DNA of 64,000 nucleotides from Candidatus Blackburnbacteria bacterium (GTDB taxonomy: Bacteria; Patescibacteriota; Microgenomatia; UBA8517; UBA10165). Positions 56,703 through 64,000 of the stretch are shown one piece after another. Location of the stretch: the NCBI GenBank assembly GCA_016183565.1, contig JACPEJ010000001.1, positions 358,479 to 422,478 on the forward strand, given 5' to 3'. A program made the position numbers and the translations under genes. Positions within the stretch are counted from its first letter, which is position 1. Every line of letters starts with the position of its first letter. Under the pieces are notes generated by a model. That model did not search any database. It saw nothing but the letters and a program-made list of their open reading frames with translations, and was not told the DNA's origin.

Positions 56703-59700
56703 ATGTGGTTCAAGTCAAAAGACAGGTTTTTACTGATTGGGATTTTATATGTTCTTGTGGTTCTTGTGGCATTATTTATCTTGACACTTACGTGGTTACC
56801 TCCGGGTTACACCCTGGCGGGACACGATTCGGGTTTGCCACTTGACGCAAAGGAATTCTTACGAACGCGTCTTTATGCTTGGGATGATCGCTTGGGTTTT
56901 GGCTTAGACAATTCTGTTAACCTTGGAAGCTTAACGATCCATTTTTTTGACTGGCTTTCAGCTATCATTGCTGGGGTACCGTATTCGGGTAACTACATCT
57001 CCGTCTTTTTTTGGTTAAGTTTAATTTTTGTATCAGCATTCTTCTTTGCATATCAATTAAAAGATATTTTTGGAAAAACTTTCATTTTTATCTTGCCGCC
57101 TCTTGCAACATTTAACTTTTATATTTTTCAGTCAGTTTTTATGCTTGAGAGAGGCAAGTTTGGAGTTTTCTCAGCAATGCTTATTCTCCTGACGGTGTAT
57201 TTTAGAGTGCAGAGTAGGAAAATGCGTGTTTTTTCGGCAGCTCTAATCTCATCGGTGGTATTCTCGATATTTAACGGCGGAGGACTATTTGGAATTACAT
57301 TATTTGGCGGAGTAGTTCTTGTGTTGGGACTGATGTTTCTTTCCTCGTTGTTTGCTGCGATAAAAGAGGATCAGTACAAGGATTTTAAGAGAATCATTTC
57401 CTTTTTGCTTCTAACAATTGCCCTCTACGTCGCATTTAATGCGTATTCGCTTCTCCCTTTTTTTGCTCATTATATCAAAGACGATCCAACCGCTATTTTC
57501 AAAGAATCACTTGCCAGAGTCAATCAAGAATGGCTTGAGTATGTGAGTCGGTCTGCGTCATATTTAAATTTATTTAGATTTTATGGTGTTCCGGATTGGT
57601 ACGGAGGATGGGAGGTATTAGACAAAGCAGATCCTTCTCACCCATACGCTTCTTTTTATCTTAACAACAAAGCCCTGGTCTTTATCAGTTTCCTTTTTCC
57701 TGTGTTTTCTTTCTCCAGTTTGCTATTGGCAAGACGCGGATTGCAGAGAAGAATTCTGGCCACTTTTGGAATGATTGCACTTTTGGGTATTTTCTTGGCT
57801 GCTGGTTCCCATAGGCCATTAGGATTCATCTACGAATTTTTGATGGAAAAATTGCCAGGTTTTGTGCTGTTTCGCTCAGCTTTCTACAAATTTGGAATTT
57901 TTTATCTGTTCGGCATGCTTGTTATGCTTGCTTTTACGATCAGTTTTTTGCTCGAGAGGCTCTCGGGTTTTCTACCCCCAAGGTTGGCTAAGGTTTCACT
58001 TGTGGTAGGTGTCTTTTTGTTTCTGGGACTGTGGTTTGGCTACCATTGGGTGTTGTTTGATGGTGCCAAGGTTTTTGCTTGGAAGACCGATCAAGCGACA
58101 AAGGTTCATGTGCCTTCTTATGTCTATGATTTTTCAAGTTGGGTGGAAGGGAGTGACTTGGGTGAGAGGAGGATGCTTCTACTACCTCCTGTCAATAAAG
58201 ATTGGGAGGCCGATGCGTATAAATGGGGATATTGGAGTCTTTCGCCCTTACCGTATGCCTTAAGTTCCGTAAGTATTTTATCAAATTGGCATGCGCTGAC
58301 AAATGATGAGAGAGCTTTGGTTAATAATCTTTATAGCGCAGTAAGAGGAATGGATGAGGTTAGATTTTTAACATTAGTAGAAAAGCTTAATATTGGGTAT
58401 TTTCTAGTAAGACACGATGTGCTGGTTGATTCTAGCTGGTCTGCCGTCGAGCGGCCGGAGAACTATCAGAAAGCATTGGAGTCATTCACGAGTGTGGATA
58501 AAATTAAGAGCTTTGGAGAGTGGGACGTATACAAGCTTGTACTAGATAATGATACTGGAGTTTATGCAACCAGAGTGCTTAATATCGCTCCAGACAAATA
58601 TGTATCTTTGGCTAATGATTTTTTCGGACAAGGGCATTCAATTGATCTGTCTGCAACAAAGTTATACAAAGACATTGATTACATAGCTTCTAACAAGATG
58701 GAGGTTTATGACTGTTTATCCTGTCGCCTGGAACGAAAAGCAAGTTTACAGAGCCTTCCTGAGGTGAGTTTGCTTCCAAGCTCGATATTTTACCCCCTTA
58801 AAGAGAGGCAAGAAGAAGAGCTTTTGTCACAGTCTAAGGACCCTGGAAGTAAGTTGGCGGATTATCTTGGTTTGGTTTTGAGGAGAACTGCTGAGCAAAA
58901 AAGGATGATTGATATGGATGTGAAAGAAAAATATTTGATGCAAAATGCGAAAGTCATAAGGGGCTACTTGGACAAAGTTTACTCACAATTAGAATCTTCG
59001 CCGGAGATTTTCCAAGACTTTGAGACCGCAAGTCTATTTCGGGACTTCTTAGGCCCTGTTGAGCGTGTGCTTAACGATGATGTTAAAAGTAGTGCATTTA
59101 AAGCCTCTGACCGTAACTTTATTGATGAAACACTTGGTATTCTTTGGAGTATAAACAGGATTAACGATTTTTTTGCGCCTTTTTTAACAAATCCTGAAAG
59201 GTGGTCGAACCGGAAGGTTTATAAAATAGATCTGCCTGGGGATGGGGAATATAACTTGTTCTTTCCTGTATCCTCTTTCCCTCAACATAAGAATGGAGAG
59301 ACCATCCTTCCCAAATCTGTGGAGTTGAAAAAAAATAATTGGAAAAAGACATTAAAAGTTGAAGAGGAAAAAGATGGTTGGCTTAGAGCTCCTGTTGATT
59401 ATGAAATTAGAGGACAAGCGGAGCTTCTCTTGAATTTTGAAGAATTACCGAATTTGTTGACTATCGATAGTTCAGGGTTGGAGGAGTTTTCCTCTGGTAA
59501 GGCAGCATGTTTCCGGGGTAATATAGCAAACTTTGACAGGAAGCGAGTATACGAGATTAGGGTATGGAGGACCGATAGACTTAGGCCAGCAAGAGCTATT
59601 TTTAAAGATAGGTCTTTTGTTTATTCTGAAAAACATGGGTTTTTGCAAGGCGAAGATAGTTTTGAAATACCGGTGATCGCTGGTGGAGGGTTTGCTAGGT

Positions 59701-60197
59701 ATGTCTTCTTCCCTTCGGTTTCAGCAAATATCATCTCTTTGTATGTTTGTAGTGATAATGTAGATCTTCCGCAGATTGACAAAATTGAGGTTATAGAATC
59801 TTTTGCACCGCCGATTATTGGAGTGACTGGTTTTAATCTGCCTGCTAATTCACTTGTAAATGTTGACTATGTTCGCGCTAATCCTACAGGATACGAAGCT
59901 GAGGTGGGTGATGTACAGGTCCCGTATGTTTTAGTTTTGAACCAAAAGTTTAATCCCTCTTGGAGCTTGTCTGTTAAAAACAGGGATGGTAGTTCTACTC
60001 CACTTAAGGAGCATTTCAAAGTGGATGGTTATGCTAATGGTTGGCTTGTTAACCAGCCGGGTGCTAAGAAGTTCCAAATTGAATATACGCCGCAATCTGT
60101 GCTTCGTGCTTCTAGTATCTTTTCACTAATATCAGTGTTCGTTGGTATCTCTTGGCTTGTTGTTTTGCTGATTAGGAGCAAAAAGAATGGGAATTAG
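56703..60197 (+). CDS. giant (~1160 aa) membrane protein: N-terminal polytopic GT-C-like domain, long extracytoplasmic beta-rich region, C-terminal TM anchor (AftD/DUF3367-like architecture)
   Basis: 'LPPGYTLAGHDSGLPLDAKEFLRTRLYAWDDRLGFG' follows TM1. There are about 12 TM helices in the first 450 aa. A ~700-aa hydrophilic region is followed by the terminal 'IFSLISVFVGISWLVVLLI' TM helix. The first ATG is 56703; the track starts at TTG 56619. Confidence 0.5.
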   Translation: MWFKSKDRFLLIGILYVLVVLVALFILTLTWLPPGYTLAGHDSGLPLDAKEFLRTRLYAWDDRLGFGLDNSVNLGSLTIHFFDWLSAIIAGVPYSGNYISVFFWLSLIFVSAFFFAYQLKDIFGKTFIFILPPLATFNFYIFQSVFMLERGKFGVFSAMLILLTVYFRVQSRKMRVFSAALISSVVFSIFNGGGLFGITLFGGVVLVLGLMFLSSLFAAIKEDQYKDFKRIISFLLLTIALYVAFNAYSLLPFFAHYIKDDPTAIFKESLARVNQEWLEYVSRSASYLNLFRFYGVPDWYGGWEVLDKADPSHPYASFYLNNKALVFISFLFPVFSFSSLLLARRGLQRRILATFGMIALLGIFLAAGSHRPLGFIYEFLMEKLPGFVLFRSAFYKFGIFYLFGMLVMLAFTISFLLERLSGFLPPRLAKVSLVVGVFLFLGLWFGYHWVLFDGAKVFAWKTDQATKVHVPSYVYDFSSWVEGSDLGERRMLLLPPVNKDWEADAYKWGYWSLSPLPYALSSVSILSNWHALTNDERALVNNLYSAVRGMDEVRFLTLVEKLNIGYFLVRHDVLVDSSWSAVERPENYQKALESFTSVDKIKSFGEWDVYKLVLDNDTGVYATRVLNIAPDKYVSLANDFFGQGHSIDLSATKLYKDIDYIASNKMEVYDCLSCRLERKASLQSLPEVSLLPSSIFYPLKERQEEELLSQSKDPGSKLADYLGLVLRRTAEQKRMIDMDVKEKYLMQNAKVIRGYLDKVYSQLESSPEIFQDFETASLFRDFLGPVERVLNDDVKSSAFKASDRNFIDETLGILWSINRINDFFAPFLTNPERWSNRKVYKIDLPGDGEYNLFFPVSSFPQHKNGETILPKSVELKKNNWKKTLKVEEEKDGWLRAPVDYEIRGQAELLLNFEELPNLLTIDSSGLEEFSSGKAACFRGNIANFDRKRVYEIRVWRTDRLRPARAIFKDRSFVYSEKHGFLQGEDSFEIPVIAGGGFARYVFFPSVSANIISLYVCSDNVDLPQIDKIEVIESFAPPIIGVTGFNLPANSLVNVDYVRANPTGYEAEVGDVQVPYVLVLNQKFNPSWSLSVKNRDGSSTPLKEHFKVDGYANGWLVNQPGAKKFQIEYTPQSVLRASSIFSLISVFVGISWLVVLLIRSKKNGN

Positions 60198-60552
60198 AAA
60201 ATTCACTTTTGCAGATATAGAGAGGGTAGAAAAAACTCTTTTCCAATGGATTCTTCCAAAAAGGTATAGACTGGTACTTTTACTTTTTGTTATTTCTATG
60301 TTGACTGCCGCAGGGTTTGCCCCCTATTTTAATTTAATTCTAAATTTTTACATAATTGTGCTCGTTTCTCTTGTTCTTACACCCATTATTTTAAATGTGG
60401 ACTCTAAAATATTTTTTGTGGTAGGCATAGTGTGTTTTTTTCTTGCAGCACTTCTGTGGTTTATGGGTCAGACTGAAGAGGCAGAAGTTTTGACTGAATA
60501 TATTTTTATCATTCTACTGTCTGGTTCTTTTAAAGCTTTTCTGTCGTCTTGA
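60187..60552 (+). CDS. small 3-TM membrane protein of unknown function
   Basis: 121 aa with three hydrophobic helices. Its start overlaps the upstream stop. Its 3' end overlaps the convergent gene by 39 nt, so it could be spurious. Confidence 0.3.
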   Translation: MGIRKFTFADIERVEKTLFQWILPKRYRLVLLLFVISMLTAAGFAPYFNLILNFYIIVLVSLVLTPIILNVDSKIFFVVGIVCFFLAALLWFMGQTEEAEVLTEYIFIILLSGSFKAFLSS

Positions 60553-62481
60553 TATCCAAAGAGAATATGAAAGTATTGTAAGAAGCGTAAAAATACTGAT
60601 AGTTCTACCTAGTTGATAACTCTCAGGGTAATAATACAGTTCGACGGACTGTATTTCGTTTCCGAATGTAACTTTTATTAATTTGTTAGTTGTTTCAACT
60701 ACTCTGATTTTTTTGCCATCATTTGTTTTTGCTTTCCATCCAGGGCTCCAGGTTTCAGCAAGAACCATTTCTTTCGCTTTGTGTTTTGATGTGTCAATAA
60801 TGATTTTGTTAGGTGAGTAATACAGAATCGGGGCTTCGATTTCTGATTTATTGCCTTTAGCAACGAAATATGCTCTAGATTTGAATAGTGTATTCTCGAA
60901 AACAAAAAATTTATCGAACTGTTTGACTAACTTGAAATCTATTCCAGTGAGCTTGTGTGGGCTGATAACGTACTTAACATTATGGTCTGCAAGTATTGAG
61001 GCAATAGGTTGTATCTCGCGGAAGTTATATATAGAAGGAGGGGGAAGCATTGACGTATATTTATCCCAAAAAACTTGCGATAGTTGAATGAACTGATTGT
61101 AATAATTTTTTTGGTAAATCGTGCCATAACCTTCGATCGTCTCGAGATTGTACTTTGCTACATCTTGTTGGGACAAACAACGGTTGACACAAAAAACACG
61201 GAAACGTTCTGGATCCTTTTTGAGGAATTCATATAGGGCAACTGGAACTTTTTCTCTTTGGTGGGGTATTGGTCTTTCAAGTCGTATCCACGAAAGTATA
61301 AGCAATTCGCCTATCGTTAGTGCAGCGAGTACTCCCGCAAGTCTTTTTAGTTTTTTCTTTTGAAGAGTCTCAAAACCAGAACCGGCAAGGAAGACTAAGC
61401 TCAAGATTACGATGAACCAGTTTCTTGTTGATACACGGCTTAAGACATACCAATCAGATGACAACAACAAAGGTTGGATTGGCGAAACGTTGTTGAGACT
61501 GATAAGAAATATCCCAGAAACAAAAAGGATTAGTAAAATTTTGAATTTGTTTTGGAGTTTTAAGAATCCGATTAAGGCAAGAATAGATATAAAAAATCCG
61601 ATGGCGATCCATTTTTCGGAGTCGAGATCGTTAATTAAATTTTTTCCACCAAAAACGTGAGGGTATATTGCTTTTATAAACTCAGTTTTTCCATTCCATT
61701 TAGGATATACATCGCGGTCTTGGAGCAATATAAATCGAGTAGTTTGGGGTAGCCATTCTAATTGCGGGAAGAGTGTTATTGCAGTAAGGCCAATAGTAAT
61801 GGCGATACCAAAACCCAGAAATATTAAGGTTTTCAGGGAACGATTCTTGGAAAAAAAATAACTTCCTCCGACAAATAAGACTGTTGATGCGGCCGCTGTG
61901 ACAAAAGTTGTTGCAAACGTAAAAAAAAGTCCCGATAGACTGATTGCTAAAAGTATAGACCATTTAAAATTCGGAAATTTAATTAATTTTATGGCAGCAA
62001 GTAAGAGGTATGGCATCCATGCCGTTGTCGCTACAAATGGAAAATGGCCTGTTTCTAGAAAACCTGCGGTTCTAGGGAAAGTAATGTAAAATATGGCGGT
62101 AAAAATACTGGATGTTTTTGAAAAACGTAACCCCTTTTTGGCTACTAGATAAGTGCCTAAACCTCCAAAAAAGGTGTGAAGTATGAACGATGCGATGAAC
62201 GCATAGTCAATTGGCAAGACAAGAAAAATAATATTTGGAAGATAAAACAAGAATGATCCTGGATCGGAAATGAGTGGTGTGCCTGAAAAAAACATATTGT
62301 TCCATAAGGGTAGTGTATGATTTTGAAGAAGAGATTCTTTTGTAAAGTAGAAAATTGGCCAGTAGAATTCCTGAAGGTCATTTCCGCGATTTAGAATGAT
62401 TGCTGGATTTAGGATCGCTGGTAAGTATAATAGTAAAGTTATAGCTAAAATTACTAATAGACAGGTTGTATTTTGTCTCAT
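60514..62481 (-). CDS. YfhO-family-like GT-C membrane glycosyltransferase
   Basis: 'NRGNDLQEFYWPIFYFTKESLLQNHTLPLWNNMFFSGTPLISDP' is the YfhO N-terminal D..Q..P...G.lP.W...G.P signature. About 13 TM helices, then a C-terminal extracytoplasmic domain and a final TM. ATG 62481 is preferred; the alternative ATG 62565 would overlap the divergent gene's start. Confidence 0.5.
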   Translation of the reverse strand: MRQNTTCLLVILAITLLLYLPAILNPAIILNRGNDLQEFYWPIFYFTKESLLQNHTLPLWNNMFFSGTPLISDPGSFLFYLPNIIFLVLPIDYAFIASFILHTFFGGLGTYLVAKKGLRFSKTSSIFTAIFYITFPRTAGFLETGHFPFVATTAWMPYLLLAAIKLIKFPNFKWSILLAISLSGLFFTFATTFVTAAASTVLFVGGSYFFSKNRSLKTLIFLGFGIAITIGLTAITLFPQLEWLPQTTRFILLQDRDVYPKWNGKTEFIKAIYPHVFGGKNLINDLDSEKWIAIGFFISILALIGFLKLQNKFKILLILFVSGIFLISLNNVSPIQPLLLSSDWYVLSRVSTRNWFIVILSLVFLAGSGFETLQKKKLKRLAGVLAALTIGELLILSWIRLERPIPHQREKVPVALYEFLKKDPERFRVFCVNRCLSQQDVAKYNLETIEGYGTIYQKNYYNQFIQLSQVFWDKYTSMLPPPSIYNFREIQPIASILADHNVKYVISPHKLTGIDFKLVKQFDKFFVFENTLFKSRAYFVAKGNKSEIEAPILYYSPNKIIIDTSKHKAKEMVLAETWSPGWKAKTNDGKKIRVVETTNKLIKVTFGNEIQSVELYYYPESYQLGRTISIFTLLTILSYSLWISRRQKSFKRTRQ

Positions 62482-62545
62482 TTGTTTCCTTAGGATATCA
62501 TAAATGTTGTTTTTACCTGGCAGGTATGTTAATCTTTTTAACAGT

Positions 62546-63064
62546 ATGAAGGTTACAGGCGTCATATTTTTTAGTTTTCTATTTGGTATTTTATCCTTTT
62601 CTTTTCCATATAGTGCTTTAGCTCAAACTGATACTGCTCCTGTTGCGGCTGAGGAGGTAACTTATGAAAAAGTTAATCCAGATGGTGGGTTTGCGTACCT
62701 CCAGAAGAGATTTAGTGAAAAGGCGAAATTGTTCTTTCTTTCTTTTTCGACGGAGCGATCGGAGGATTATTATAGGCAATTAGCTAATAGGAGGTTGGCA
62801 GAGGTGAAGTACATAATAGATCAAAATAAGATGGCTTATTTTGAAAAAGCTACAGTTAGATACTCAACAGCAGTTGGAAATTGGGTTGAGTATATAAATA
62901 AAAAAGGTCTAAGTCGCGAAAAAGAACCTGCGGTTCAACTTCTTTCGCAGCATGTACCGGTTGTTCAAAAGTTGATGGAGAAATACGATCCGACTACGGC
63001 AGAATGGCGTTTTGTTAAACACGATTTAGATTATTTAAATATTTATATTTCCCAGCTTAAATAA
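62546..63064 (+). CDS. small secreted protein, paralog of the 18529 gene
   Basis: Signal-peptide-like 'MKVTGVIFFSFLFGILSFSFPYSALAQT' followed by 'DTAPVAAEE'. 'FAYLQKRFSEKAKLFFLSFSTERSEDYYRQLANRRLAEVKYII' aligns with 'FYSLKLIKEQVQGWFIFDGSKKADYQVFLGTKRVLESEKLI' in the 18529 protein. Confidence 0.45.
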   Translation: MKVTGVIFFSFLFGILSFSFPYSALAQTDTAPVAAEEVTYEKVNPDGGFAYLQKRFSEKAKLFFLSFSTERSEDYYRQLANRRLAEVKYIIDQNKMAYFEKATVRYSTAVGNWVEYINKKGLSREKEPAVQLLSQHVPVVQKLMEKYDPTTAEWRFVKHDLDYLNIYISQLK

Positions 63065-63092
63065 AGTTCAAAATCTTCTCTCCTCAAAATAA

Positions 63093-63121
63093 TTGTGCCA
63101 GTCTTGAGAAAAAGCTACAAT
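63093..63121 (+). promoter_or_regulatory. candidate sigma70-like promoter
   Basis: TTGTGC(63093-63098), a 17-nt spacer, TACAAT(63116-63121). ATG 63128 lies 7 nt downstream. Confidence 0.4.
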
Positions 63122-63127
63122 TAAAGC

Positions 63128-63295
63128 ATGTTTTTGCGCCTAGCTTTTTTGTGTATACTTTCTAGTTTTTTGCTCATTGCGCTTCTTCTTGCGACTGGGC
63201 ATCCTGGATTTGCTATTCGAATTGCTAATTATCTGTTTCTTCTAATTTTGGCTATAACGATAGTGGGCTTAATACATGGGAAAATTCAAAAATAG
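63128..63295 (+). CDS. possible 55-aa small hydrophobic protein / leader peptide
   Basis: 'MFLRLAFLCILSSFLLIALLLATGHPGFAIRIANYLFLLILAITIVGLIHGKIQK'. It sits immediately after a good promoter and overlaps the next ORF's start by 20 nt. It is not in the ORF track because it is under 60 aa. Confidence 0.25.
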   Translation: MFLRLAFLCILSSFLLIALLLATGHPGFAIRIANYLFLLILAITIVGLIHGKIQK

Positions 63296-64000
63296 TATCT
63301 TGCTTCTAGGTCTGGTTGTTATTCCAGTTATTTTGGTTTTTAGAGCATTTTTTTTGCTTGGTCCGGCGGTTTGGGGGGATGCTCCGTATTTTTACCCCGA
63401 AGCATTTAGGGATTTTTTCTCCGAGCCTCTTGTTTGGGAAAGCAGAGGCAGATTGGGAGTAGTGAATGATCTTTATTTTATTTATCCTTTGATGCTTATT
63501 TATCGGGGACTTGGTTTTTTGGGTTTAAGTAATGATTTGGTTATTCGGGCCCTTTTTTACTTTCCCGCAATATTTTTTGCTTTTTTATCGCCTTGGCTAC
63601 TCGCTCGATATCTTCGATTTTCGCCTATTGTGGTCATGTTTTCGAGTCTTGTTTATGTTCTTAATACTTACTTTATTCTTGTTGTTGACGGTGGCCAGGT
63701 GGGTGTTGCCTTGGCTTATGGTTTGTTTCCGTTTGCCCTTCTCGAGCTTTTTAAGTTAGTTGACAAAAGAGGAACTTCACAGTTTTTTACTAGCTTATGT
63801 GTGTTCATGTTACTTGTAATTGCTGATGTAAGGTTTGCGTTAATTGCAATTTTTACATTTTTTGTTTGGTTGGTTCTTAATCGGTTGAGTGTACAGCGGA
63901 GAAGGCTGATATTTTTTGGTATCGCTGTTTTGGCGCTTAGTTCGTATTGGTTGATTCCAAATTTGAGACTTGAACCGACTACTGGTTCTGGTACTAGATC
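63276..64000 (+). CDS. N-terminal part of a polytopic membrane protein, truncated at the 3' end by the window edge (GT-C-like candidate)
   Basis: The frame stays open from ATG 63276 to the window end ('MGKFKNSILLLGLVVIPVILVFRAFFLLGPAVWGDAPYFYPEAFRDFF...'). At least 6 hydrophobic helices. It is missing from the ORF track because no stop falls inside the window. Confidence 0.45.
   Translation, partial: MGKFKNSILLLGLVVIPVILVFRAFFLLGPAVWGDAPYFYPEAFRDFFSEPLVWESRGRLGVVNDLYFIYPLMLIYRGLGFLGLSNDLVIRALFYFPAIFFAFLSPWLLARYLRFSPIVVMFSSLVYVLNTYFILVVDGGQVGVALAYGLFPFALLELFKLVDKRGTSQFFTSLCVFMLLVIADVRFALIAIFTFFVWLVLNRLSVQRRRLIFFGIAVLALSSYWLIPNLRLEPTTGSGTR

Noticed and set aside
1-64000. A window-wide scan for rRNA, tRNA, CRISPR arrays, transposases, integrases, toxin-antitoxin or known defence-system genes.
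   Set aside because: Every ORF over 100 aa has a biosynthetic, glycosyltransferase, methyltransferase or membrane-protein explanation. The window has no direct-repeat arrays with unique spacers, no DDE or tyrosine-recombinase motifs, and no long structured non-coding regions.

Overview
This is an AT-rich (~36-38% GC) bacterial chromosome segment that uses standard stop codons, TGA included. Genes are packed tightly in long co-directional runs, and many neighbours overlap by 1-4 nt (ATGA / TAATG). It has no rRNA, tRNA, CRISPR array, transposase or integrase. The compactness and gene content fit a small-genome, CPR/Patescibacteria-like organism, but that is inference only.

Almost the whole 64 kb is one very large cell-surface glycosylation island. 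It holds about 17 polytopic GT-C-fold membrane glycosyltransferases, several of which carry a first-loop Asp-Glu motif. These include a tandem array of six PMT/ArnT-like (GT39-type) paralogs at 1-12.3 kb, a PIG-V-like protein, YfhO/PTPS-related-like proteins, an inverted pair of ~700-aa paralogs, and an ~1160-aa giant.

The island also encodes:
- at least 5 polyprenyl-phosphate-sugar synthase-like GT2 enzymes (DPM1/GtrB/ArnC type), plus other GT2s;
- 7 GT4 enzymes, one of them interrupted by a frameshift in a T6 homopolymer;
- a Wzx-like flippase;
- 7 class-I SAM methyltransferases (two membrane-anchored) and one FkbM methyltransferase;
- sugar-precursor enzymes: a GHMP kinase, an SDR epimerase with a Zn-ribbon insert, an AsnB-type amidotransferase, a HAD phosphatase, two sugar-phosphate nucleotidyltransferases, and a cupin;
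- an odd FkbM / dihydroorotate-dehydrogenase-like / GMC-oxidoreductase operon;
- two paralogous small secreted proteins with Pro/Thr-rich linkers that could be O-glycosylation acceptors;
- a two-gene patch of higher GC encoding a 2H-phosphoesterase-like protein and a glycerophosphodiesterase.

I read the locus as a previously uncharacterised, highly paralogous protein/glycan O-glycosylation system that is lipid-linked-sugar dependent and methylation-rich, rather than a standard O-antigen or capsule locus. All functional calls come from motif recognition by eye and need confirmation by profile searches.
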